From the NCBI RefSeq assembly GCF_006345805.1, contig NC_042997.1, positions 111,538,001 through 111,602,000 of the forward strand: DNA of 64,000 nucleotides. The letters run 5' to 3'. Positions 11,878 to 25,304 of the stretch are shown here, one piece after another; position 1 is the first letter of the stretch; the number at the start of each line of letters is the position of its first letter. The translations under genes and the position numbers were made by a program. Source of the DNA: Octopus sinensis. Its lineage: Eukaryota. The notes under the pieces are model-generated. The model was not told the origin of the DNA. It worked only from the letters and a program-made list of their open reading frames with translations, and did not search any database.

Positions 11878-14368
11878 TCATCATCATCATCATCATCATC
11901 ATTTAACGTCCGCTTTCCATGCTAGCATGGGTTGGACGGTTCAACTGGGGTCTGGGGAGCCCGAAAGCTGACCAGTCCAGTCAGATCTGGCAGTGTTTCT
12001 ACAGCTGGATGCCCTTCCTAACGCCAACCACTCCGAGAGTGTAGTGGGTGTTTAGTGCCACCGACACAGGTGCCAGACGAGGCTGGCAAACGGCCACGCT
12101 GATGGTTTTTTTTTATGTGCCACCGACACAGGTGCCAGACGAGGCTGGCAGACGGCCACGCTCGGATGGTGTTTTTATGTGCCACCGACACAGGTGCCAG
12201 ATGAGGCTGGCAAACGGCCACGATCGGATGGTGCTTGTTACGTGCCCACAGCACGGAGGCCAGTCGATGCAGTACTGGCTACGGCCACGTTCGGATGGTT
12301 TTATTGTGTGCCACGTGCCACCGGCACTGGTACCACAAAGATACAAATTCCATTGATGTTCATCTATTTTGATTTGTTTTGATTTGATTTTCACTTGCCT
12401 CAACAGGTCTTCACAAGTGTCACAAGAAGGAAGGTATGCACAGGTGGACTGACTACGTCCCAGGTAGGGGCCATGGGTTATGGCCTGACTAGTCTTGCCG
12501 GGTCTTCGGATGGTGTTTTTATGTGCCACCGACACAGGTGCTAGATGAGGCTGGCGAACGGCCACGATCGGATGGTGTTTGTCATGTGCCCACCGCACTG
12601 ACTACAGCACTGATGGATTTCTTGTGTGCCACAGGAACTGGTACCACAAGATACAAATTCCATTGATGTTCATCTATTTTGTCTATTTTGATTTGATTTG
12701 ATTTGATTTGATTTGATTTTCACTTGCCTCAACCGGTCTTCACAAGTGTCACAAGAAGGAAGGTATGCACAGGTGGACTGACTAGTCTTGCCGGGTCTTC
12801 GGAAGGTGTTTTTATGTGCCACCAACACAGGTGCCAGATGAGGCTGGCGAACGGCCATGATCGGATGGTGTTTGTTACGTGCCCACAGCACGGAGGCCGG
12901 TCGATGCGGAACTGGCTACGGCCACGTTCGGATGGTTCTCATGTGTGCCACCGGCACTGGTACCACAAAGTGTGTGCCACCGGCACTGGTACCACAAAGA
13001 TACAGATTCCATTGATGTTCATCTATTTTGATTTGTTTTGATTTTGATTTTGATTTTCACTTGCCTCAACAGGTCTTCACAAGTGTCACAAGAAGGAAGG
13101 TATGCACAGGTGGACTGACTACGTCCCAGGTAGGGGCCATGGGTTATGGCCTGACTAGTCTTGCCGGGTCTTCGGATGGTGTTTTTATGTGCTACCGACA
13201 CAGGTGCTAGATGAGGCTGGCGAACGACCCCGATCGGATGGTGTTTGTCATGTGCCCACAGCACGGAGGCCAGTCGATGCGGTACTGGCTACGGCCACTT
13301 TCGGATGTGCCCACAGCACGGAGGCCAGTCGATGCGGTACTGGCTACGGCCACTTTCGGATGGTTTTCTCTTGTGTGCCACCGGCACTGGTACCACAAAG
13401 ATACAAATTCCATTGATGTTCATCTATTTTGATTTGTTTTGATTTAATTTTGATTTTGATTTTCACTTGCCTCAACAGGCCTTCACAAGTATCACAAGGA
13501 GGAAGGTATGCACAGGTGGACTGACTACGTCCCAGGTAGGGGCCATGGTTTATGGCCTGACTAGTCTTGCCGGGTCTTCGGATGGTGTTTTTATGTGCCA
13601 CCGACACAGGTGCTAGATGAGGCTGGCGAACGGCCACGACCGGATGGTGTTTGTTATGTGCCCACAGCACGATGGCCAGTGATGCGGTACTGACTACGGC
13701 CATGTTCGGATGGATTCTTGTGTGCCACCGGCACTGGTACCACAAGCGGTACTGACTACTTTTTATGTGCCACCGACACAGGTGCTAGATGAGGCTGGCG
13801 AACGGCCACGACCGGATGGTGTTTGTTATGTGCCCACAGCACGATGGCCAGTGATGCGGTACTGACTACGGCCACGTTCGGATGGATTCTTGTGTGCCAC
13901 CGGCACTGGTACCACAAGCGGTACTGACTACGGCCACGTTCGGATGGATTCTTGTGTGCCACCGGCACTGGTACCACAAAGATACAAATTCCATTGATGT
14001 TCATCTATTTTGATTTGTTTTGATTTTCACTTGCCTCAACAGGTCTTCACAAGTGTCACAAGAAGGAAGGTATGTACAGGTGGACTGACTACGTCCCAGG
14101 TAGGGCCCACGGGTTATGACCTGACTAGTCTTGCCGGGTCTTCGGATGGTGCCACTATGTTCCCACAGCACGGAGGCCAGTCGATGCGGTACTGGCTACG
14201 GCCACGTTCGGATGGTTTTCTTGTGTGCCACAGGCACTGGTACACAAAGATACAAATTCCATTGATGTTCATCTATTTTGATTGATTTTCACTTGCCTCA
14301 GCAGGTCTTCACAAGTGTCACAAGAAGGAAGGTATGCACAGGTGGATCGACTACGTCCCAGGTAGGGG
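11878..14368 (-). repeat. Higher-order tandem array of an RTE 3'UTR segment (six macro-units) attached to one RTE tail
   Basis: Marker tacaaattccattgatgttcatctatttt recurs at ~12.34, 12.65, 13.00, 13.40, 13.98 and 14.25 kb, with variable numbers of ~60-bp subunits between. Confidence 0.9.
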
Positions 14369-14496
14369 CATATATATAAAGAAGCATTGGTTATAGAGCA
14401 AACATTAAATCTGGGTCAACCAATGCTTCTTTATCTTCATCTCTTTTGCAGTCCTATAAACCCTTTTGTTTCTATAAAAAGGGGCAAATATTATTT

Positions 14497-14539
<43 letters not shown>

Positions 14540-16740
14540 GTTTGTGTGTGTTTGTCCCCACCATCATTGTTTGACAATCAATGGTGGTGTGTTTACATCC
14601 CCGTAACTTAGTGGCTTGGCAAAAGAGACCGATAGAATAAGTACTAGGTTTACAAAGAATAAATTCTGGGGTTGATTTGTTCGACTAAAGGTGGTGCTCC
14701 AGCATGGCCACAGACTGAAACAAACGAGTAAAAGAGAGTAAGTCTTGGGTTCACTGACACCTCCAACATTGTCCTTGTAACGGCACAGGTAGGTGGACCC
14801 CTCTACCCCCTGCCCCATCCCACTTCCAGTCAGTTCTAATCTCCACGTCTGCTCTTCTATACCATTTATGATGTTGAATCAAACAGATGTAATGGTTCTC
14901 CTTTCACCAGTTTTACTTCAGCTGCTGGGCCCTCACTGAGGGGCCAGGGGTTGTGGTGATTTGCTGTACTTGAGAAGACACATCAAGCTAAGTAAAACCA
15001 TGGCCATCCGTACCTACAGGCTTGTCCTTGACAAGTGTCGGTGCCACATAATGTACACATGTGCCAGTACCATGCATAATGCACTCCTGCTGAAGTTGCG
15101 TAAATGACCCATGCTGGTGGCACGTAAAAAGCATCCAGCACACACTGTAAAGTGGTTGGCATTAGGAAGGGCCTCCAGCAATAGAAACCATGCCTAAAAC
15201 AGGCAACTGGACCCTGGATGGCTCCCATGCTTGCCAACTCCTGTCAAATCATCCAACCCATGCCAGCATGGAAAGCAGACATTACACGATGATGAGGACA
15301 CCTGAAAATCACACAGCTGCAAGTAATTAAATGTAATTATAGGTACAGACATGGCTGTGTGGCTCTATGGTTTTGGGCTCACCTTGGGCATGTGTCTTCC
15401 ACTTTAGGCATGGGCTCATCAATGGCTTGTGAACAGATTTGGTAAGTGGAAACTGTGTGGAAGCCTGCCATATATCTTTTATCTCATTTTTTTGTATTGG
15501 ACTGTGGCCATACTAGGGCACAGGGCACAACCTTGGAGGACCCTGAAGGATTTTAGCTGAATGAATTGACCCCAATACTTATTTTTTAAGGCTTATTTGG
15601 TGTGTGTGTGTGTGTTTAAAAGTTTTCCCATGCATACAAACAAATGCTATGTGAAAATATGAAGACTTCTTCCCCCAAAGATTTGTGACATTCTGTTTTA
15701 GTTAAATAATTTTTTTCAAATAGCTAATAACTTTCCAAAAAATCTTTCTTTAAATACATGTATGTGTGTGTCCTACCTGTTTGACAACCAGTGTTGGTTT
15801 GTTTACATTCTCTAAACCTAGTGGTTCAGCCAAAGAATCCAACAGAATAAGTACCAAACTTGAGAGAGAAAAAAAAAAAAAAGGAACCCAAGTGCTGGAG
15901 GTAATTTGTCTGACTAAAAATTCTTCAAAGTGATGCCCCAGTGTGGCCGCATTCTAATGACTGGAACAAGCAAAAGATAAAAGCTAGCATCTATCTAGCT
16001 AAGCTGATAACCTGTTTTATTCGGATGCCATCATCAGCAAGTTGGTTGATTGGTGAAAACGGTAGGCGCCATTTCACAAGTTTGTCCATCAAACAGCTTT
16101 TACTGATAGCTTATGTCACTTAAAGTGGTGCAGAGTTATTTCTGTTTTCTACTTCGACACTGATAAGATAAAACCAGGAATCATTCAATGACACAGCAGA
16201 TGGAAACGGTGGGGAACTGTTTTTAGTTTTTACATTATTGAGAAGGAGATTTAACTGTTAGAAGCAGGCATGCCTCATTAGGAAGGCATTCTGTCAGTAA
16301 GGCTTTGGTGAGTTCTGTGAAGAATTTCTCAAACACGACTTGAAAAGACCGACCATTATGTTGGATTATGTGATCAATAGCTATCAAATATCGGGATTCC
16401 AATTTTTTTCTTTTTTTTCAGACTGCTTTTTAACCAATCACTGAATCCATTATACAACATTTTCTACATCTGGCTTTGAGTTCAAATCCTGCCAAAGTCA
16501 TTTGTGTATGTGTGTGTGTGTATTTTCTTTTACTTGTTACAGTCATTTGACGGGGCCATGCTGGAGCACTGCCTTTAGTTGAACAAATCGACCCTAGGAC
16601 TTATTCTTTGTAAGCCTAGTACTTATTCTATCTGTCTCTTTTGCCAAACCGCTAAGTTACAGGGACATAAACACACCAACATCAGTTGTCAAGCAATGGT
16701 GGGAGGGACAAACATAGAAACACAAATACATATATACACT

Positions 16741-17627
16741 GTTGTGTATGCACACTGACATTACACATCCAGCGGATCATACTAGCTTCATTTCCTTCAA
16801 GCCTATGCATGTCTTCAGGAGTCACAGCCCATGTTTCACTGCCACATAGCATGGCAGTTTGCACTCATGCATCATACAGTCTACCTTTCATCCTGAGGGA
16901 GAGGCCCATAGCTGCTCGCAGAGGTAGGAGCTCCCTGAAATTTACCCAAACTATTCTTATTCTAGCCGCTACACTCTCAGAGCAACCACCCCCACAACAG
17001 ACTTGGTCACCTAGGTAGCAGAAGCTATTAACTACTTCTAGTTTCTCCTGCTTGTATGTGATGGAATCTGTTTTCTGTACATCATCAGTGTTTATTTCTC
17101 TGTGTATCTGCCACACACAAAAACTATTTTCTTGGTTAACCTTCCTTTGATATTGCTGCACCTTTTATGTGCCCATAGCTTACACTGGGTACATCGTATG
17201 GAGTTTCTACCCACGTCTTTTCTACAGATTGAGCAGGGCCATCTATCTGAAGAGGTTTTTGCTAGGTTAACACTAAGGCCCTTTGATTGTAGACCTTGCT
17301 TCCTCACCCTAAACTTCGTCTCTTGTTCTGGCAGTGACTCGGCTATTATGGCAAGGTCATCAGCATAGAGGAGCTCCCAGGGGCAGTATGCCTTGAATTC
17401 CTCTGTTATTGCCTGGAGGACTATAATGAATAAGAGGGAGCGGAGGACTGATCCTTGGTGAGCCCCTACTTCTACTTGGAATTTTTCACTATACTCGTTG
17501 CCACCCTCATCTTACTGACAGCATCCCTGTACAGGGCTTGTACAGTTCTTACCAACCACTTGTCTATCCCTAGTTTCCACATTGACCACCAGATAAGGGA
17601 TCGGGGGACCCTGTCAAAGGCTTTCTC
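16741..17627 (-). mobile_element. RTE-clade LINE RT fragment
   Basis: EKAFDRVPRSLIWW; LQAITEEF..CPWELLYADDL; Zn-knuckle WPCSICRKDVGRNSIRCTQC; AMLCGSETWA. Frameshifted. Confidence 0.88.
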
Positions 17628-19392
17628 TTATATATATATATATATATCTGTGTCTCTTTGTGTCTGTGTATGTCCCCAACCACTGCTTGACAATCCAGTG
17701 TTGGTGTATTTATGTCCCAGGACATAGCAGTTTAGCAAAAAGAGACTGATAGAATAAGTCCTAGACTTAAAAAAAAATTCAACTACAATTTTTCAAGGTG
17801 GTGCCCTAGCATGGCCACAGTCTAATGACTGAAACAAGTAAAAGATATGGAATCAGGAATTTTTCTTAACATTTTTGGTTCTGAATTACCCCACCACCAC
17901 CATCATTCCCTTTGCACTGTTAGTTATCTCCTCCCCCACCACCTCTTCTCCAACGTTAAATGATGATGATGATGATGAATGTTATCTGAAATTGCTTCAA
18001 TGTCTGGGTCACAAGTCATGGCTTTTTATTCCAAGATTGCAGACACTGTTCAACTCTCTTTGATATTTTGATTGGATCAAATTCATTTGCAGAAATAGGT
18101 TGATCCAAAAACCAATATCAAACTGAAATGCTAATTTTTGAAAATGGTTTTACAATGTTTAATGTTTATATAATTAGCCAGCATTGAATATCAGTTTGTA
18201 GGATCTTGGAATCATTTGAATATCGGTCCATTTTATGATTTTCTGCTAGTTTGACCTTCTAATAATAGACTTCTTTGAGTGTTTTATCTTTTATCTTTTA
18301 CTGTTTTTTTTTACTAAAAGATTTTCATGAAAATTGTACCCCAAAAAGTAGACATTAAAACAACATCGATGATGATGATGATGATGATTGAGAACAAGAG
18401 GTCAAAGTCCACATTCCAAAATGCAAAATGGAGTGGAGAGAATGAAGGAACAGATTCATGGTGCTCCAAGTTTTTACCTCGTTAGTTTAGTTTGGAGTAA
18501 AACAGAGGTGCCAAGTTTGTTTAAGTGGGGCAAGACAAAAATGGTGAAGTTACAGAACTGTTACAAACTGTTGTGACAGATTGGAGTTAATAAAGATAAT
18601 ACAATAATCTGTGATAGAATTTAAACATCTTCATCGCTCAACGATTTAGTTATTTGAAATCTCTTTCAACCACAATGAATGGATTTGGTAAAAGGAAACT
18701 GAAAGAAGCCCATTATATATATCCTTTTCTACTCTAGAAATTTTGGGGGAGGGGCCAGTCGATTAGATTGACCCCAGTATGCAACTGGTACTTAATTTAT
18801 TGATCCTGAAAGGATGAAAGGCAAAGTCAACCTCAGAGGAATTTGAACTCAGAACATAAAGACAGACGTAAATTTTGGAATGGGGGTTCTCATTCCTATG
18901 GTATTTTTTGATATTATTATTATTATTATTCAGGCCACTGCCTGGAATCGAACTTGGAATGTTGGGGTTAACCGCCCACGCGCTTAACCACTACGCCATA
19001 TGCCCATGGGCATAACCTACCTTGCAATGTCATTCTAAAAATATATTCAATCACATCATCGAAATCTTGAAACTGTGAAATAGTACATGAACAATTCATA
19101 ACAAAGTGATAAAAACTAAGCCTTACATTTGACAGAGGAATCTGAAATGCTAAAGGGTTAATATCCTTGTTCCTTACCGGCAGGGGCTGGACACTTTGAC
19201 AGGATCCGATGGGCCCAAGGACTGCATCATGCTGCATTGGTCTATTTTGGCAGGGTTTCTATGGCTGGTTGCCCTTCCTAACAGGTAGTACATACTTTTA
19301 TAGTGTGTACAGGGAGACTTTTTTCATGGCTTCAGTACTTGTGAAGTTGCCATGAAGCTTGGAAGACTAAACACTCAGATGAAGGGTCAGAC

Positions 19393-19749
19393 CAGTGGCC
19401 CTCAAACAGGGTCCATACAAGGTTTTCTTGTTAAAATTTACTTGCAATAGACTGCTTTTATTTCAACAGTACTCTTTTACTTGTTTCAGTCATTTGACTG
19501 CGACCATGCAGGAGCACCACCTTTAGTTGAGCAAATCGACCCCAGGACTTATTCTTTGTAAGCCTAATAATTAATCTAACGGTCACTTTTGCCGAACCTC
19601 TAAGTTACAGGGACGTAAACACACCAGCACCGGTTGTCAAGCAATGTTGGGGGGACAAACACAGACACACAAATGTATACATACATACATACATATATAC
19701 ATATCATCATCGTTTAACGTCTGTTTTCCATGCTAGTACAGGTTGAACG

Positions 19750-19782
<33 letters not shown>

Positions 19783-20087
19783 TACGATGGGCTTCTTTCA
19801 GTTTCTGTCTACCAAATCCACTCACAAGGCTTTGGTCGGCCCGAGGCTATAGTAGAAGACACTTGTCCAAAGTGCCACGCAGTGGGACTGAACCCGGAAC
19901 CATGTGGTTGGTAAGCAAGCTACTTACCACACAGCCACTCCTACTCCTATTAAAATTTCTTTAATACAATTTTTAATATTTAATCATAATAATATAATAA
20001 TTTTTAGACTATGAGGGTCTCCCTTTCTCCCTGAGTAAAATAGGAATCTTGAAGGGTCCATTGGCAAAAAATGGTTGAGAACCACTG
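19393..20087. mobile_element. hAT-like MITE containing a nested SINE-A and an RTE tail fragment
   Basis: Termini cagtggccctcaaac ... ggttgagaaccactg. SINE-A lies at 19470-19945 (-) inside. No clean TSD. Confidence 0.55.
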
Positions 20088-20645
20088 GGTTGGAATATGA
20101 GAAAACAGGACAGAACACAAGAGGGTTCTCACTAAAGGGGAGGCACATAGTTACTTGAACCATGGAAGGGAGAGTGATCAGGGTAGAGTTGGGAAGAGAT
20201 AGAAATTGTGAGGATGAGGTGTCAGGGTGAACCCTTAAGTTATGAGGTGAAAAGAAGGGAGTGAGGGGAAAAAAAACGGACCTGGAATGTGAGTGGGTGG
20301 GAGTTACAAGAATTTATGGAGAGTTTATTCTATAGAATTTCTGTAGAAATAACCATAACAAAATAACGTAAAATGCACTGCTAACACAGCAGGACATGGT
20401 GTCGACTCATAAAAACATTTAATGTACTTTACAGTATAATATTTTGGTTGCATAATGAAATACCACATAACAAAATACTGTGTACCTACATAGGGTATTT
20501 TGTCTATATGGGGAGAGTGAGAGTTGGGAAATGGGTGAGGGGAGGTAGGTGACAAATGTAAGATTTTTGGTTCGGGGTTGAAAGGGGGTCATACAGTACA
20601 GAACAAAATAGAGGTCAGGTATTGAATGGTAGATAGTTGTTCAAA

Positions 20646-20880
20646 TGGTGGCGAGCTGGCAGAAACTTTAGTACACCGGGCAAAATGCTTTGAGGCATTT
20701 CGTCTGCCGTTACGTTCTGAGTTCAAATTCTGCCGAGGTCGACTTTGCCTTTCATCCTTTCGGGGTCGATAAATTAAGTACCATTTATGCACTGGGGTTG
20801 ATATAATCGACTTAATCCATCTGTCTGTCCTTGTTTGTCTCCTCTGTGTTTAGCCCCTTGTGGGTAGTAAAGAAATAGGT
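20646..20880 (+). mobile_element. SINE family B (ggcgagctggcagaa...gagttcaaattc...gcctttcatcctttcggggtcgataaattaagtacc), ~10 copies
   Basis: tRNA-like head plus a conserved central domain. Copies at ~3355-3560, 3765-3985, 3995-4110, 5095-5170(-), 6360-6500, 18735-18870(-), 30975-31170, 61961-62153(-). Confidence 0.85.
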
Positions 20881-21633
20881 AGATAGTTGTTCAAAGAAAT
20901 ATAGAGGTGAGTGTGATATAGTATAGTAGGTGGAAGATAATGTAGAGAAATATAAACAACAAAAGCACCAATTCACTGCTGGTTGACCATATTAAGAGAG
21001 GAAATGATGGCATTTAGTTGAAAAATGATTGTTTTTTCCCAATTGCTCATTTAATAATAAATGTCAATAAAAATGCATTCCAAGAACAGAATGGTAGTTC
21101 TCTAGAGACTAATGGTTTTGTTTAAAAAAACAAAACCAAAATGCTTACATAACAAAGATCAGTGAAGTGAGACAGCTCTAGAGTATTTTCCAAGAGACTA
21201 ATTTAAAAATGGTAATTTCATCAAACTAACCATATCATCGTCAATAGATGACTGAAGAGATACAGAAATAAAAGCCAGCAGATAATTCATTCCCCGGTGC
21301 TGGAGATAAATCCTAAGTTATCTACTGATTCCTAACAAGTGCTGTTGCTGCTGCTGCTATGATAATATTTGTAGACTGCAGTATTAGAGAAGATTCCGTG
21401 TCACATCGACACAAAATTAATAAAACATTGCAAAGATAACTCTTTAGTATTTGAATAATGTTGAGTAAGAGTTTATGGAATATTATCTCAAATTCATAAT
21501 GATTTCCCAATCTGGCGCAAAGCCATAAATTTGTAGGAGATGTGTATAAGTAATTGAATTGGCCGCTTTCATATTTCATCGACTACAAGTAGGATTTGGA
21601 TACAGGATGTTAAGAGATGTCAGTAAATATCAC

Positions 21634-21762
21634 AAGGCATTTAGAACAGCCCTTCTACCCCACTCAGCCTTATGCAAAGGCGTTTAGAACAGCCCTTCTA
21701 CCCCACTCAGCCTTATGCAAAGGCATTTAGAACAGCCCTTCTACCCCACTCAGCCTTATGCA
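21634..21762. repeat. 43-bp tandem repeat x3
   Basis: aaggcatttagaacagcccttctaccccactcagccttatgca at 21634, 21677 and 21720. Confidence 0.95.
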
Positions 21763-22885
21763 GTCTCTACAGTCACCACCTTCACCTCCCTAGCTTCCCT
21801 CCAATGGACATCTATCATCAACCACCTCTCAACACTTGTTCTCCATTATATATATATGATGGGCTTCTTTCAGTTTCTGTCTACCAAATCCACTCACAAG
21901 GCTTTGGTCGGCCTGAGGCTACAGTAGAAGACACTTGCCCAAAGTGCCATGCAGTGGGACTGAACCCGGAACCATGTGGTTGGTAAGCAAGCTACTTAAC
22001 ACACAGCCACTCCTACACCTATTAAAATTTCTTTAATACAATTTTTAATATTTAATCATTATAATATAATAATTTTTAGACTATGAGGATCCCCCTTTCT
22101 CCCTGAGTAAAATAGGAATCTCCACCCCCAGCCCATCCTTGCATTCCTCCCTCCCTCCATACACTCATGCAGCCTCTGCTACCTTCACTCTGCGTTCTGT
22201 CCCCTCTCACCTATATTCACCTTTCTTGTACCTTCGGAGTCCACACTGACATCTCATCACCAACATTTTTCTCTTTCCAGCTCCACCCCAATCACACTCC
22301 CTCCATCCACCCTTTCTTCTAAACCTTGAATAGTAACACAGCTCTTGTACAGCAAGAAACCCATTCTGGCTTCTTCACTGCACAAAACCACCTCACTCTC
22401 TGCTGTAGCCTCAATCAGTTGAAGCTTGATCTCAGTCTTGCAAGCTTCATGGCAACCTCAGTGTTGGTGCCATGAAGAAAGGCACCCATTACACTCTGTA
22501 AAATGTCTGGTATTGAGAAGGGCATCCAGCTGTAGAAACCCTGCCAAAATAGATAATTGGAGCCTGATGCAGTTTTCTGCCTGGCCAGCCCATCCAACCC
22601 ATGCCAGCATGGAATGCAGATGTATGACGATGATAATGAAGATCACACACACACACACACACACACACACATTTGTGTGTGTGTATATCATCATCACCAT
22701 CATCATTATCATCGATTAACATCCGCTTTCCATGCTGGCATGGGTTGGATGGTTTGAGTGAGGACTGGTGAGCCAGTGGCTGCACCAGGCTCCAATCTGA
22801 TCTGGAAAAGTTTCTACAGCTGGATGCCCTTCCTAATGCCAACCACTCCGAGAATGTAGTGAGTGCTTTTTACATGCTATTGGTA

Positions 22886-23091
22886 TGGGTGCTATGTGTA
22901 TGTGTGTATATATATTTATTTGTGTGTTTGTATATATATATATATATATATATATTTATTTGTGTGTTTGTATATATATATATATATATATTTATTTGTG
23001 TGTTTGTATATATATATATATATATAATATATATATATATATGTGTGTGTGTGTATATATATTTATTTATTTGTGTATGTGTATATATATA

Positions 23092-23123
<32 letters not shown>

Positions 23124-23134
23124 TTATATGTGTA

Positions 23135-23216
<82 letters not shown>

Positions 23217-23234
23217 TATATATAAATATATATT
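22886..23234. repeat. Compound (TA)n/(TG)n microsatellite
   Basis: Direct inspection. Confidence 0.97.
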
Positions 23235-23489
23235 CAGCTAAGTTCCCGACCTGTTTCCTCTCTTTTCATTGTTTTTGCAAGCCTTATTATTATTGTATCC
23301 CCATCTAATAGCGTTATCGTTGTCTTTCGTCTCAAATGCTAGCTGAAGCATAAAAACTTTCACTCACAAAAACTTATTCACACACACCGCAAAGCATTTC
23401 ATCTCAACCCTGTCTTCTTTCTGCCGCCTAAAACCTCATCTCCCAATTCTCTCTCTCGCTATGTGGTGTCGGTTCTCCCTCTGTTTTCA

Positions 23490-23529
<40 letters not shown>

Positions 23530-23826
23530 ATATATCTCACCTTCACTCGCTTCCGCAGGATGAAAAAACATCAGCTAAGTTCCCGACCTGTTTCCTCTTT
23601 TCATTGTTTTTGCAAGCCTTATTATTATTGTATCCCCATCTAATAGCGTTATCGTTGTCTTTCGTCTCAAATGCTAGCTGAAGCATAAAAACTTTCACTC
23701 ACAAAAACTTATTCACACCACCGCAAAGCATTTCATCTCAACCCTGTCTTCTTTCTGCCGCCTAAAACCTCATCTCCCAATTCTCTCTCTCGCTATGTGG
23801 TGTCGGTTCTCCCTCTGTTTTCACTG

Positions 23827-23860
<34 letters not shown>

Positions 23861-24164
23861 TCTCGGTATATATCTCACCTTCACTCGCTTCCGCAGGATG
23901 AAAAAACATCAGCTAAGTTCCCGACCTGTTTCCTCTTTTCATTGTTTTTGCAAGCCTTATTATTATTGTATCCCCATCTAATAGCGTTATCGTTGTCTTT
24001 CGTCTCAAATGCTAGCTGAAGCATAAAAACTTTCACTCACAAAAACTTATTCACACCACCGCAAAGCATTTCATCTCAACCCTGTCTTCTTTCTGCCGCC
24101 TAAAACCTCATCTCCCAATTCTCTCTCTCGCTATGTGGTGTCGGTTCTCCCTCTGTTTTCACTG

Positions 24165-24207
<43 letters not shown>

Positions 24208-24790
24208 GGTATATATCTCACCTTCACTCGCTTCCGCAGGATGAAAAAACATCAGCTAAGTTCCCGACCTGTTTCCTCTCTTTTCATTGTTTTTGCAAGC
24301 CTTATTATTATTGTATCCCCATCTAATAGCGTTATCGTTGTCTTTCGTCTCAAATGCTAGCTGAAGCATAAAAACTTTCACTCACAAAAACTTATTCACA
24401 CCACCGCAAAGCATTCATCTCAACCCTGTCTTCTTTCTGCCGCCTAAAACCTCATCTCCCAATTCTCTCTCTCGCTATGTGGTGTCGGTTCTCCTCTGTT
24501 TTCACTGTCTCTCTCTCTCTCTCCTCTCTCTCTCTCGGTATATATCTCACCTTCACTCGCTTCCGCAGGATGAAAAAACATCAGCTAAGTTCCCGACCTG
24601 TTTCCTCTTTTCATTGCTTTTGCAAGCCTTATTATTATTGTATCCCCATCTAATAGCGTTATCGTTGTCTTTCGTCTCAAATGCTAGCTGAAGCATAAAA
24701 ACTTTCACTCACAAAAACTTATTCACACCACCGCAAAGCATTTCATCTCAATCCTGTCTTCTTTCTGCCGCCTAAAACCTCATCTCCCAA
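23235..24790. repeat. ~337-bp tandem repeat, 4.6 copies, with internal (CT)n
   Basis: Unit starts cagctaagttcccgacc at 23235, 23572, 23910, 24253 and 24582; copies are nearly identical. Confidence 0.95.
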
Positions 24791-25304
24791 TGCGCGGTGC
24801 GCCCGCCCTCCCACCCCCACCACCAATACCGGATATCTCTATATTTTGCTCCATCTATACCGGATGTCGCTTCTCCCACCACCATTATAGGTGTCTACTC
24901 TTCGAACCCCCCTCTTCAATACGCTATTTCACCATGCATTACCCCTCTCTCGATATCCTACATTCTACTTGCCTAGAACCTGTCATCATTTCTCTGAACC
25001 ACCCCTCCCCACTGGTGCTCCCCTATATTTCTGCACCCCCCCCACACACACATAAAAAGCACCATCCGAACGTGGCCGATGCCAGACCCCCCTGGCACCT
25101 GTGCAGGTGGCACGTAAAAAGCACCCACTACACTCGCGGAGTGGTTGGCGTTAGGAAGGGCATCCAGCTGTAGAAACACTGCCAGACTAGACTGGAGCCT
25201 GGGGCAGTCCCGAGCTCCCCAGACCCCGGTCGAAACCGTCCAACCCGTGCTAGCGCGGAAAACGGACGTTAAACGATGATGATGATGATGATGATGATAT
25301 AAAA

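Noticed and set aside
11878-14368. CRISPR-like appearance of repeated units
   Set aside because: Eukaryotic context, the 'spacers' are homologous to each other, and the units derive from the RTE 3'UTR.
23550-23580. 16-nt micro-exon in the 337-bp unit (cag|GATGAAAAAACATCAG|ctaagt)
   Set aside because: The donor is CT rather than GT in all five copies, and it lies antisense to RSPRY1.
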